Positions 39,649-49,032 of a DNA stretch of 64,000 bases are shown here, piece by piece. The stretch is from Gemmatimonadales bacterium (lineage in GTDB: Bacteria; Gemmatimonadota; Gemmatimonadetes; Gemmatimonadales; GWC2-71-9). Position 1 is the first letter of the stretch; every line of letters starts with the position of its first letter. The translations under genes were made by a program, and so were the position numbers. Location: positions 96,001 through 160,000 of the forward strand of contig JBBCJC010000002.1 in assembly GCA_037189525.1 (NCBI GenBank), in the 5' to 3' direction. Under the pieces are notes generated by a model. It saw only the letters and a program-made list of their open reading frames with translations. It searched no databases and was not told where the DNA came from.

Positions 39649-41040
39649 ATGCCTCGCCTTGCTCCCACACGCTTTTCGCTGACTACGCTGGCCGCCATCC
39701 TTGGCGTCGCGGGCTCTCTCGAAGCCCAGCGCCATTTTCCGTCGGACGACGCCATTCAGGCCATCCTGAACGAGCAGGTTACCGCGAAGAAAACGACCGG
39801 CCTGGTGATCGGCCTGCTCGAGCCCGATGGCACCCGCCGGATCTTCACCGCCGGACGATCGGGCAATCCCTCGGTAGAGCTGAACAGCAAAACCGTCTTC
39901 GAGATCGGCTCGATCACCAAAGTGTTCACGACCGAACTCCTGGCCGAGATGGTGAGTCGCGGCGAGGTGGCGCTGAACGACCCGGTGCAGAAATACCTGC
40001 CGGCCGGTGTCACCATGCCATCCCGAAACGGGCGGCAGATCACGCTGCAGGATCTGGCCACCGTCAACTCGGGCCTGCCCGGCATGCCGAGCAACTTCAA
40101 GCCGGCCGACATGAGCAATCCGTACGCGGACTACACTGTCAAGGAGATGTACGAATTTCTGAGCGGCTACACGCTGCCCCGAGACATCGGTTCGCAGTAC
40201 GAGTATTCGAATCTCGGCATGGGCCTGCTCGGCCATGTGCTGGGCTTGCGACTCGGCAAGAGTTACTTCGAGGCCATCGACGAACGGATCCTGCAGCCGC
40301 TTGGTATGCACGACACCCGGATCGACTTCAATCCGTCGATGCGGGCACGCCTCGCGCCCGGCCACAACCCCGGCGGAGCCGCGGTTTCCAACTGGGATAT
40401 TCCCACGCTGGCGGGCGCCGGCGCACTGCGGTCGACGGTGGACGACATGCTCCTGTTCCTGGCCGCCAACGCCAATCCTGCGTCGACGCCGTTAGGCAAG
40501 ATCTTCTCCGGCACACATGCGCCGCTGGCGTCGACCGGATCGCCGGCCATGTCGGTCGGTCTGGGCTGGCATCTCTTGAACCGGTCCGCCGGCCCGATCG
40601 TCTGGCACAATGGCGGCACCGGAGGCTACCGGGCGTTCCTCGGCTTCGACCCCGCCACCAAGGCCGGCGTGGTGCTGCTGACCAATTCGGCCATTACGGC
40701 CGACGACATCGGCTTTCATCTGATCGACCCGAAGTTCCCGCTGTCCAAGCCGCGGGTGGTTCGGACGGCCATCGCAGTCGATCCGGCCAGCCTGCCGCAG
40801 TACGTAGGGACCTATGCGGTGACCGGAGACTTCACTGTTGCCGTTACGGCGGAACAGGGCGCGCTCTGGCTCGAACCGACCGGCCAGTCCAAGTTCAAGG
40901 TCGCCGCGTCCGCCGAGAATGAGTTCTTCCTCAATGAAGCGGATCTGGTGATCCACTTCATCAAAGACAGCAGCGGTGCCGTGACCGGGCTTCGTCTGAC
41001 GCAGGGCGGCGCGGTCACCCCGGCCAAGAAGATCAAATAG
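39649..41040 (+). CDS. serine hydrolase, copy 2, with extra C-terminal DUF3471-like domain
   Basis: Same SITK, YEYSN, WHNGGTGG motifs; extra about 95 aa (LPQYVGTY...F.KDSSGAVTGL). Confidence 0.92.
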   Translation: MPRLAPTRFSLTTLAAILGVAGSLEAQRHFPSDDAIQAILNEQVTAKKTTGLVIGLLEPDGTRRIFTAGRSGNPSVELNSKTVFEIGSITKVFTTELLAEMVSRGEVALNDPVQKYLPAGVTMPSRNGRQITLQDLATVNSGLPGMPSNFKPADMSNPYADYTVKEMYEFLSGYTLPRDIGSQYEYSNLGMGLLGHVLGLRLGKSYFEAIDERILQPLGMHDTRIDFNPSMRARLAPGHNPGGAAVSNWDIPTLAGAGALRSTVDDMLLFLAANANPASTPLGKIFSGTHAPLASTGSPAMSVGLGWHLLNRSAGPIVWHNGGTGGYRAFLGFDPATKAGVVLLTNSAITADDIGFHLIDPKFPLSKPRVVRTAIAVDPASLPQYVGTYAVTGDFTVAVTAEQGALWLEPTGQSKFKVAASAENEFFLNEADLVIHFIKDSSGAVTGLRLTQGGAVTPAKKIK

Positions 41041-41056
41041 CCACACGGGAGCAACC

Positions 41057-42022
41057 ATGATCGAGCGGGAGCAGGACGACGGGCAACCTCACGGACCACG
41101 CCGGATCGTCTCCCTGCTCCCGGCCGCAACCGAGATTCTCACCGTGCTGGGCTTGCGGGATCGGCTGGTCGGTGTGACTCACGAATGCGACTACCCGGCA
41201 AGCGTGTGCGAGCTGCCCAAGGTGACTCGCACCCTGATCCCGCCTGATGCATCGAGCCGGGAAGTCGACCAGCTGGTTCGTGACCGAATGGCCAGCCGGC
41301 AACCGCTCTACTCGCTCGACCTCGCCGTCCTTCGGGATTGCGCTCCCGACCTGATCGTCACGCAGGCCCTGTGCGACGTCTGCGCCGTCGCGGAGGCGGA
41401 GGTCGCGGCTGCCGCGTGCGCGTTGCCGGGCCGGCCGCCGGTCGTCAATCTCGAGCCTGAAACGTTGGGCGAGGTACTCGAGTCGATTCGAATCGTGGCG
41501 GCGGCGGCCGGCATTGCTGCGAAGGAGGCCGATGCGGTAATCGGCGGACTCGAGGCCCGCATCCGGGCGGTCGCCGACCGGTCCGGGCGCCTGACACCCG
41601 TCAGGATCGGCTTTCTGGAGTGGCTCGACCCGCCCTTTTCCTGCGGCCATTGGAGCCCTGAACTGGTCCGACTCGCGGGCGGTGTCGATGGCTTGAGCCG
41701 GGAGGGTGAGCGATCCCGCACGCTGCGATGGGAGGAAGTCATTGCCTGGCAGCCGGAGGTGCTGTTCATCGCTTGCTGCGGCTTCGATGTCGAGCGCACT
41801 CTCCGGGACCTGACCGCGACCAGCCGGATCCCGGGGTGGGAAACGATCCCCGCCGTACGGGCGGGCCGGATCTATGTCGTCGATGGATCGCATTACTTCA
41901 GCCGGCCGGGACCGCGACTGGTCGACAGTCTCGAAATCCTGGCCCATGCGCTCCACCCCGAGGTCCATCCGCTGCCAGCACACCTTCCGGCAGCGGTTTG
42001 CGCAGCGGCTACCCTTCAGTAA
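41057..42022 (+). CDS. BtuF/cobalamin-binding-like (helical-backbone) binding protein lacking a signal peptide
   Basis: RIVSLLPAATEIL, VGVTHECDYP, PDLIVTQALCDVCAV, LEWLDPPF, YFSRPGPRLVDSLE. Confidence 0.82.
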   Translation: MIEREQDDGQPHGPRRIVSLLPAATEILTVLGLRDRLVGVTHECDYPASVCELPKVTRTLIPPDASSREVDQLVRDRMASRQPLYSLDLAVLRDCAPDLIVTQALCDVCAVAEAEVAAAACALPGRPPVVNLEPETLGEVLESIRIVAAAAGIAAKEADAVIGGLEARIRAVADRSGRLTPVRIGFLEWLDPPFSCGHWSPELVRLAGGVDGLSREGERSRTLRWEEVIAWQPEVLFIACCGFDVERTLRDLTATSRIPGWETIPAVRAGRIYVVDGSHYFSRPGPRLVDSLEILAHALHPEVHPLPAHLPAAVCAAATLQ

Positions 42023-42028
42023 CCTTCC

Positions 42029-43684
42029 TCATGGCGCTGGCGCCCGGCTTGCCGGCGTGCCAAAGCGATTTCCGAAGAAATCACCCGGGCGCCAGCTTGG
42101 CCGGACGGACGCATTCGCCACACGCTCGCCGACCCGGAACGCCACCTCCGCATACTTGGCGCCCGCTTCGTAGTGCATCGGCTGCGCCAGGTCGTCCTTG
42201 GGCGTATGGTAGATGGTGCCGAGCCAGTTCATCAGGACGGCGCCGCCATCGACGGTCGAATCGCTGCTGCGAGTGCCGTTGACGAAAAACAGGGCGGGAA
42301 TCCCTTTCTTGACGAAGGGATACTGGTCACTTCGGATGAAGAAGGCCTGCTCGGGCATCAATTCGGTTTCGAGCTCGACGCCCGCTGCCTGCGCAGCAGC
42401 GGCGGCGTCATCCGCCAGCGTCGAATGTTCCGCGCCGAGTGCCACGATGCTCCGAGTCGGAAAGAGCATGTGGTTGCCGTCCATGTTGAGGTTGGCAACG
42501 ATGGCATCGACCGGCACTGTCGCACGTTCGACGTAATACTCGGCGCCCAGCAGGCCCTTTTCTTCTGCAGCCGTGGCTACGAACAGAATCGACCGTTTGG
42601 GCCGCTCCTTCCGCTCCGAAAACGCCCGGGCAATTTCCAGCAGGGCCGCGATACCCGACGCATTATCGATGGCGCCATTGTAAATCGAGTCGCCCGCCAT
42701 CGGCGCGCCGATGCCATCGTGGTCGAGATGCGCCGTATAGACGACATACTCTTCAGCCAGGGCAGGATCGGAGCCTGTCAGCTTGGCAACGACGTTGGGC
42801 GCGCTGAATTCGCGATGGATGCTCGCCTTGCGGACCTGAATCTCGCCGGGGAGAGCGAACGACTGCGGCTTTCCCTGGCGCGCCGTCTCGAGCACGCGGG
42901 CCCACGAGGTGGAAGCGCCAGCAAAGAGACGCGCCGATGCCGCCGGGCTCAGTACCACACCGCCCAGCATGCTGGACGATTCGGCCGGGAGCGACCCATC
43001 GGGCGCGAGCCAGACCATCCCGCTTCGATGCGACAGACGTTCCATGAACGTCCAGGGCGCGGTCCGCTCGGCCTCATCGGTCCAGAGGGTAATTACGCCG
43101 CGAGCCCCGCGGGCCGCCGCGGCCTTTGCCTTCTCGGCGCCCGAGAAATGCGCGCGCGGATTCGCGGGCAGCGACGCTGGCGCACCGAACAGCACGACGA
43201 CGACTTTGTCCTTGACATCGATGTTGGCGTAGTCGTCATACTGGAACTCGGGCGCACTGACACCATACCCGGCGAACACGATCGGTCCGCCGAACGCCGT
43301 GACCGTATCGCGCGCATCGCTCGATGCAACGAAGTCGACGCCGGGTGTCAGCGTCATCGGGCGCGGGCCGCTTACCCGGACCGAGGCACTGCCGGGCACC
43401 AGACTGGTCTCCCGAAACAGCACCGGCTGGAAGTAGCCGCCGTCCGACATGCCTGGCGCGAGCCCGTATCGTTTGAATTGCTCCGCTACGTAGGCCGCCG
43501 CCTTGTCGTAGCCGCGCTGTCCGGTACCCCGCCCTTCGAGCGAATCGTGGGCCAGTACGGTGACATGCTGCCTGATCCCGTCGACGGAAATCACAGCGGT
43601 GTCAGAGCGGTTGCCCGGCGTGCAGGCAACGGCGAGCAATGCCCCCGACATCAGGGCGACGACGCGTCGATCGAGCATGGGCAT
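42029..43684 (-). CDS. M28 family metallopeptidase with PA domain (lipoprotein)
   Basis: LEGRGTG, TAHLDH, YNGAIDNASG, AEEKGLLG, RSDQ, YHTPKD; lipobox AVAC. Start 43684 or 43678. Confidence 0.92.
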   Translation of the reverse strand: MPMLDRRVVALMSGALLAVACTPGNRSDTAVISVDGIRQHVTVLAHDSLEGRGTGQRGYDKAAAYVAEQFKRYGLAPGMSDGGYFQPVLFRETSLVPGSASVRVSGPRPMTLTPGVDFVASSDARDTVTAFGGPIVFAGYGVSAPEFQYDDYANIDVKDKVVVVLFGAPASLPANPRAHFSGAEKAKAAAARGARGVITLWTDEAERTAPWTFMERLSHRSGMVWLAPDGSLPAESSSMLGGVVLSPAASARLFAGASTSWARVLETARQGKPQSFALPGEIQVRKASIHREFSAPNVVAKLTGSDPALAEEYVVYTAHLDHDGIGAPMAGDSIYNGAIDNASGIAALLEIARAFSERKERPKRSILFVATAAEEKGLLGAEYYVERATVPVDAIVANLNMDGNHMLFPTRSIVALGAEHSTLADDAAAAAQAAGVELETELMPEQAFFIRSDQYPFVKKGIPALFFVNGTRSSDSTVDGGAVLMNWLGTIYHTPKDDLAQPMHYEAGAKYAEVAFRVGERVANASVRPSWRPGDFFGNRFGTPASRAPAP

Positions 43685-43795
43685 GACCTTGGGAAGGAGC
43701 GCTAACGCTACGAACGGAGCAATCCGGCGACAAGGGGCGGGTACCAAATCGCGGTGAACCTCCTACTTTAGAGCCCCCAACGTCACCGAGAAGGC

Positions 43796-45196
43796 ATGGC
43801 ACGGCCCGAGCCGAAGCATCAGACAGAGCATATCCGACCAGGTTCGGTCGGGCCGTCGGTTGCCAGGCCGATCCATCAGGAAATTGCCTACGGCAGTGCC
43901 TGGAGCGCGGTACGCCGGCTGGCCGGCCAATCGGGGCTCGTCTTTCTCGACAGCGCCATGCTGCATCCGCACCTTGGCCGCTACAGCTTCGTCGCCGCCG
44001 ACCCGGTCGCTACGACGTCGAGTCTGACGGAATTGCGCCAGGCGATGGCGCTGCTTGCGCTCCAGCACGTCGACGAGCTTCCGCCGTTTCAAGGTGGCGC
44101 CGCCGGCTATCTGAGCTACGAGGCCGCACGGTTTCTCGAGCCGCGGCTCGCCGAACGGATTCCGCCCGCGAACATTCCACCCATCGAGTTCCGTATCTAC
44201 GATCGGGTCGTCGCCTTCGACCACCTGTACGAACGCGCTTTTGCAATCTCGACCGGCTACCCCGAGCAGCGCGAAGAGCCTCGCCTAACGCTGGCTTCGC
44301 AACGGCTGGGCGAACTGCTTCAACAGCTTGGGGAAGCCCCCGCAGCGCGACCGGGCCACCGGACGATTCGCGGCTGGCAGTCCAATGTTTCCCGGATCGA
44401 CTACGAGGCTGCCATCCGCCGAACGGTCGACTACATCCTCGACGGCGACATCTTCCAGGCCAATATCACCCAACGTTTCTCGGCTCCGATTCCGCCCGGT
44501 TTCGATCCGCTCTTCTTTTACGAAATCCTCCGAGCCCGGAACGCTGCGCCGTTTGCCGCGTATCTCGATTTCGGTGACGTCGTCATCGCGTCGAGCTCGC
44601 CGGAACGCCTGGTCCACTTCGATGGCATGACGGCGGAGGCACGCCCGATCAAGGGCACGCGCCGCCGCGAAGCCGACCCGGCCAAGGACGCAGCCGAGCA
44701 GCACGCGCTCCTGTCCAGCCAAAAGGACCGGGCCGAGAACGTGATGATCGTCGACTTGCTGCGCAACGACCTGTCCCGGGTGTGCGACCCCGGGTCGATC
44801 GAGGTCCCCGTCCTGTGTGGACTCGAGTCCTACACCTCGGTCCACCACCTCACGTCAGTGGTCACCGGCCGGCTGGCATCGGAGTATGCGCCCATCGACT
44901 TGATCGGGGCCCTCTTTCCCGGCGGCTCGATCACTGGCGCCCCCAAGCTCCGCGCGATGGAGATCATTGCCGAGCTGGAACGGTCGCCCCGCAATGCCTA
45001 CTGCGGCTCAGTCGGCTATCTCAGCTTCTCGGGCCGGATGGACCTCAACATCTGTATCCGGACCGCCTTATTTCACCAAGGTATTGCTACGGTCGAAACG
45101 GGTGGAGGAATTACTCGACGCTCGGAGCCCGCCGCGGAGTACGAGGAGTCGCTGATCAAAGTCGCGCCGATCCTCGAGGCGTTCGAGGAGCCATGA
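43796..45196 (+). CDS. pabB: aminodeoxychorismate synthase component I
   Basis: PPFQGGAAGYLSYE, GDIFQAN, SSSPER, RPIKGT, KDRAENVMIVDLLRNDL, FPGGSITGAPK. Confidence 0.9.
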   Translation: MARPEPKHQTEHIRPGSVGPSVARPIHQEIAYGSAWSAVRRLAGQSGLVFLDSAMLHPHLGRYSFVAADPVATTSSLTELRQAMALLALQHVDELPPFQGGAAGYLSYEAARFLEPRLAERIPPANIPPIEFRIYDRVVAFDHLYERAFAISTGYPEQREEPRLTLASQRLGELLQQLGEAPAARPGHRTIRGWQSNVSRIDYEAAIRRTVDYILDGDIFQANITQRFSAPIPPGFDPLFFYEILRARNAAPFAAYLDFGDVVIASSSPERLVHFDGMTAEARPIKGTRRREADPAKDAAEQHALLSSQKDRAENVMIVDLLRNDLSRVCDPGSIEVPVLCGLESYTSVHHLTSVVTGRLASEYAPIDLIGALFPGGSITGAPKLRAMEIIAELERSPRNAYCGSVGYLSFSGRMDLNICIRTALFHQGIATVETGGGITRRSEPAAEYEESLIKVAPILEAFEEP

Positions 45197-45750
45197 TTCT
45201 CGTCGTCGACAACTACGACAGCTTCGTCCACAACGTCAGCCGCTATCTGCGCGAGCTGGGCGAAACCACCATCACGTTACGCAACGATGCGTTCGTCGAC
45301 GTGCCGGACGGTACGACAGCCATCATTCTGTCACCCGGTCCCTGCACACCTGCCGATGCCGGCATCTCGCTCTACCTGGTCCGGCGGTTCTCGGGACGCC
45401 TTCCCATCCTCGGCATCTGCCTCGGTCATCAGTGCATCGGGCAGGCATTCGGAGGACGTGTCACCCGCGCGCAGGAGCCGCTCCACGGCGAAGCGACGCC
45501 GATCCGCCATACCGGCCGAGGCATCTTGCGCGGCTTGCCAGACCGATTCCAGGGTGGACGGTATCACTCACTGATCGTCGAGCTACCGGACCCGTCACCG
45601 CTCCACGTCACGGCCCGATCCGAACGCGGGGAGATCATGGCGGTCGAGCACCTCGAGCATCCGACCTATGGGGTTCAGTTTCATCCCGAATCCATCCTGA
45701 CCGAGCATGGCCACGACCTGCTGCGCAACTTCCTGGCCCGTCGCCGATGA
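45193..45750 (+). CDS. pabA: aminodeoxychorismate/anthranilate synthase component II (glutamine amidotransferase)
   Basis: ATGA overlap with pabB; DNYDSF, LSPGP, LGICLGHQ, RYHSL, QFHPES. Confidence 0.93.
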   Translation: MILVVDNYDSFVHNVSRYLRELGETTITLRNDAFVDVPDGTTAIILSPGPCTPADAGISLYLVRRFSGRLPILGICLGHQCIGQAFGGRVTRAQEPLHGEATPIRHTGRGILRGLPDRFQGGRYHSLIVELPDPSPLHVTARSERGEIMAVEHLEHPTYGVQFHPESILTEHGHDLLRNFLARRR

Positions 45751-45819
45751 GCCACCTCGAAGACATGGCGAGCCCTCGTACCCGGTGAACGACTGCCCGC
45801 TACAAACCCTTGTTAGCTG

Positions 45820-46239
45820 TCAAATAGCATCGAGATAGTCAGTCACAAATGCCCGAGGTTTGATGACCGTAATGCCGCGCCAACCATTCACGCCCAGGAG
45901 ATGCCGATCTCCGGATACGATCACCGATGTGTTGCTCGCTAATGCTGCCGCCAGAAACATGTCGTCGGCTGGGTCCGGGCTGACCGGCTCAGGCAGGGGT
46001 GGCGCCGCCACCATGAGCGCATGGGTGGCCAGCAACGTCAACGTCCTGGCAAGGGGTTCCTGAAGGCTCGGGTAGCGCCGGCTCAATTCCTCGCCTACGC
46101 GCGCTGGTACTCCTCGAACACGGCCGGTGATAGTACGAGGTCGAACGCTTGGGCCGCCCAGGCCGGAGAGGATCCGGCCCGGAACGCCGCCGAAGAAGAT
46201 GCCCGACACGACCACGTTCGTATCGAGCATAACTCTCAT
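45820..46239 (-). CDS. PIN-domain (VapC-like) toxin with an internal out-of-frame segment
   Basis: MRVMLDTNVVVSG, SPDPADDMFLAAA, IVSGDRHLL; residues about 26-46 read as PIN-like only in the +1 frame. Confidence 0.85.
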   Translation of the reverse strand: MRVMLDTNVVVSGIFFGGVPGRILSGLGGPSVRPRTITGRVRGVPARVGEELSRRYPSLQEPLARTLTLLATHALMVAAPPLPEPVSPDPADDMFLAAALASNTSVIVSGDRHLLGVNGWRGITVIKPRAFVTDYLDAI

Positions 46240-46499
46240 CAGGCGCGGCGAACCTTTCGCACGGCTTTCCGGACATCGGCCGGCCGGAGACTGGTCCGCT
46301 TCGCCGCTCGGCGCGCCTCGCTCGCAAGCGCCTCGAACTCGTTCCGCGAGGGCGGTTCGAGCACTTTGAAAATGACGACGTCCCGATCGCCGACGACTAC
46401 GAACTGGGCGCCGGGCTTCAGGCCGAGCCGAGTGCGGATCTCTTCCGGAATGACGACCTGCCCCTTGGAGGACAGGGTGGTGGTTGCGGTATCAGTCAT
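46239..46499 (-). CDS. AbrB/MazE/SpoVT-family antitoxin
   Basis: TTLSSKGQVVIPEEIRTRLGLKPGAQF; GGGAG RBS; TGATG coupling to the PIN gene. Confidence 0.92.
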   Translation of the reverse strand: MTDTATTTLSSKGQVVIPEEIRTRLGLKPGAQFVVVGDRDVVIFKVLEPPSRNEFEALASEARRAAKRTSLRPADVRKAVRKVRRA

Positions 46500-46516
46500 G
46501 TTCCACTCCCGACATG

Positions 46517-46530
46517 TCTTACTGGTAAGA
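46517..46530. promoter_or_regulatory. putative TA autoregulatory operator
   Basis: TCTTAC-TG-GTAAGA perfect 6-bp inverted repeat 17 nt upstream of the antitoxin start. Confidence 0.6.
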
Positions 46531-46692
46531 TCACTGCCTTCCAGTACCAGGGCAAGAGGAGGGTAGGTTGACAGCCAACAGGCCAAAACCCAATCAGAAC
46601 TTAGTGTTTGGGAGGATACACCGACTTCGGCCGGGCGAGGCGCTTGTTGTTGCCGTCGTGATTGGGAGCCCTCAGTCGGAGTCAGGGAGCTA

Positions 46693-49032
46693 CTAGGACG
46701 AGGCAGTCGAGCGACCCTCGACCTGAGAGGTTTCAGTAGACGGAAACGAGCTGCGAAGCCAGCGAGTAACAGGCGCGCGGCGGGTCGGATTCGAACCAAT
46801 CGCCAGCGATACGACATGGCGACCTTGCTCGGTCGCCTTCGGAGTCGGTAGCGTCCATCCGGCGTGGCCTCGTCGAGTGGTGAGGTCGTCCTTCGACAGC
46901 ACGCCAACGGCCCGAAGCAGGGTGATCAGCACGTCACCCTCGTCGGTCAGTTCGTACTCGAAGAAACCAGGCAGGTCGAGACGAAACCCCGACCCCGGAT
47001 CCGCCGGCGCGAGCCAGTCATGCGCCGGCGCGGTCGGGAGCCCGGTTTCACCAGGCCAGGACGTGTCGAGTTTGCCGGCGCCCCGCCGTTCCACGCCAAA
47101 CGGTGACCCCGTCATCACCTCGCCTTCGATCGCAAGCGGCAGACGAATCCTCAACCGGACGTCGTGCGCCCAGTTGTCGAACTCGATCCGAAGCCGTATC
47201 GCCGCTTCGCCCGCATGGAGAGACAGCACCGTTCGCCCGTACACCATGCCACCGCTGGCGGGCTCGAAGGTCCAGGCCAGCTCGAGCGCACCTACCAGGG
47301 GCCCCGGCGCAAGCTGACATATGGTATGCACCCGCGAACTGCGCAGACCAGTCGGGTCGATATCCGGGGTGTAGAGGTCGCCCCGATCCGGCTCCGACTC
47401 GATTGCGCCGAGCCCGGCAATGCGGCGGCCGCTACGAAGATCACGAATCGCAAAGCGTCCATCGGGATCGACGACGACCTCGATCCGATCGTTCCGGAGC
47501 GAGCGCGAACCGACACGTACCGACCCCGTCGCACCAGGCTGACCCGACGCCAGCCCCGAACATACCTCGAACACAACCGGTCTGCCGCCGGGCAGATCGG
47601 AAGCGCGGAATGCGATCCACGCCTCGTCGACCAGATCGAGATCCGGGTAGTGTTCCGACGCGTCGACTCGCTCGGCCGACTCGGAAACCCGCAGCACCTG
47701 GACCGGTATCTGCACCCCATCGGCTGTCTGCAGATGGAACGGTCGGTATCCGGATCCTACCCGGGGCACGCGGTCGCCGGGCGGACCGACCAGCACGTCT
47801 CGCTTGAACCACGACGTCCGAGCAAGCACGACCCCGCTCCATGGTTCGGCATCGGCGTGCCACAGCACCAGCGTTGGGCGGAACCGATTGGGGTCTCGAC
47901 GCGCGACGTTCGGATCGTAACCGACGAGCCGATCCAGTCCGACAGCCGTGAGTTCCCGAGCAATCGTGGTGGCCGCATCGAGGCGGACCTCCTGCTCCCG
48001 CGCCACGCCGTCCGCCGCGCACCCGGCAATCGTATCATGGAACTGCGACTGGACCAGCAAGCGCCACGCCTCATCGAGCAGGGCCGGCCGCTCCCCCACC
48101 GTCGCGACCAGCGGCTCGACCACATCGACCAACATCGACTCCGCCTCCGCGTGGCGCCGCTTCATACGCACGCGGGTCGAGTGGACCCCTTGCAGCGACC
48201 AGACGTACCCCGTCGAACTCCGGAGTTCGCCCTCCAGCAGTGGGACCGAAGGATTGGCGTCTTCGACGGCCCCAAAGAACTCATCGAAACTGCTGAAGCG
48301 AACCGCTGCTTCAGGCTCAAGGGCTGCAATCCGCTCGGCCAGGTACGGAAGCTCGGCCGAAGGTGCGTGATGATCCGCACCAACCAGGATGGCAACATGC
48401 TCGCACCCGGCGCGCGCCGTCATCCGACTTCGAACATCCCGCCATCGCGCCGGAAGGTCCGCACCGGCCGTGACGAGGTCGATGCCCATTTCGTACCCCT
48501 CGGGCGGGAGGTGATACACGAGCACCGAGCCTCCCTCCGGCCCAGTCCACCGATACAGATCATGCGAGCGCCAGCCCACCTGGCCGAGCCCACGCCAAAG
48601 CACCGCCCAGGGCAGCCCGAACTCCGCGGCGAGATCCGGCAATCCGGCGGGATGACCAAACGCATCCGGACTGTAGAGCACCCGCGAGGATCCACCCAGG
48701 GCCTGCGCGGACGCCATCCCGAGTTCGAGGTTCTTACGAAGCGAAGCGCCGCGGGGAATCAGCTCGTCGGCCAGCACATACCACGGACCGAGCGCGAGCT
48801 GCCCGCGCTCCACCAGACGTCGAATCTGATCCCTGCGCCCGGGCACGACCGCCAGGTAGTCCTCGGCGACGATGGTCTGGCCGTCGAGATGGAAACGGAG
48901 GGACGGATTGGCGTCGAGCAGATCGAGCACCCGGTCCAGCATCGGCACCAGGCGAGCCAGGAAGCCGTGCCGAGTCAGGTACCACTCCCGATCCCAGTGA
49001 ACGTGCGGGATCAGATGGAACGTGAAGCTCAT
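46693..49032 (-). CDS. glycoside hydrolase family 38 alpha-mannosidase-like protein
   Basis: HVHWDREWY, FHLDGQ, GPWYVLADE, YSPDAFGH (nucleophile Asp), QFHDTIAGC; no signal peptide; ATGA overlap with the upstream gene. Confidence 0.9.
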   Translation of the reverse strand: MSFTFHLIPHVHWDREWYLTRHGFLARLVPMLDRVLDLLDANPSLRFHLDGQTIVAEDYLAVVPGRRDQIRRLVERGQLALGPWYVLADELIPRGASLRKNLELGMASAQALGGSSRVLYSPDAFGHPAGLPDLAAEFGLPWAVLWRGLGQVGWRSHDLYRWTGPEGGSVLVYHLPPEGYEMGIDLVTAGADLPARWRDVRSRMTARAGCEHVAILVGADHHAPSAELPYLAERIAALEPEAAVRFSSFDEFFGAVEDANPSVPLLEGELRSSTGYVWSLQGVHSTRVRMKRRHAEAESMLVDVVEPLVATVGERPALLDEAWRLLVQSQFHDTIAGCAADGVAREQEVRLDAATTIARELTAVGLDRLVGYDPNVARRDPNRFRPTLVLWHADAEPWSGVVLARTSWFKRDVLVGPPGDRVPRVGSGYRPFHLQTADGVQIPVQVLRVSESAERVDASEHYPDLDLVDEAWIAFRASDLPGGRPVVFEVCSGLASGQPGATGSVRVGSRSLRNDRIEVVVDPDGRFAIRDLRSGRRIAGLGAIESEPDRGDLYTPDIDPTGLRSSRVHTICQLAPGPLVGALELAWTFEPASGGMVYGRTVLSLHAGEAAIRLRIEFDNWAHDVRLRIRLPLAIEGEVMTGSPFGVERRGAGKLDTSWPGETGLPTAPAHDWLAPADPGSGFRLDLPGFFEYELTDEGDVLITLLRAVGVLSKDDLTTRRGHAGWTLPTPKATEQGRHVVSLAIGSNPTRRAPVTRWLRSSFPSTETSQVEGRSTASS

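Larger units (their letters stand above)
45799..46579 (-). mobile_element. solitary integron-cassette-like element carrying a TA pair (core site + truncated attC)
   Basis: Minus strand begins GTTGGCTGTCAA (46579-46568) and ends TTGACAGCTAAC-AAGGG-TTTGTAGC (45823-45799); the two ends are complementary at 12/13 nt. Confidence 0.55.

Noticed and set aside
38382..41040. Calling the serine hydrolases ampC resistance genes
   Set aside because: They have HNG rather than KTG; this broad family includes peptidases and esterases, so activity cannot be inferred.
41041..41056. Possible cobalamin riboswitch before the BtuF-like gene
   Set aside because: Intergenic gap is only 16 nt.
46775..46800. GGTTCGAATCC on the minus strand, resembling a tRNA T-loop near the TA element
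   Set aside because: T-stem pairs poorly, no cloverleaf, and it lies in frame within the GH38 C-terminus.
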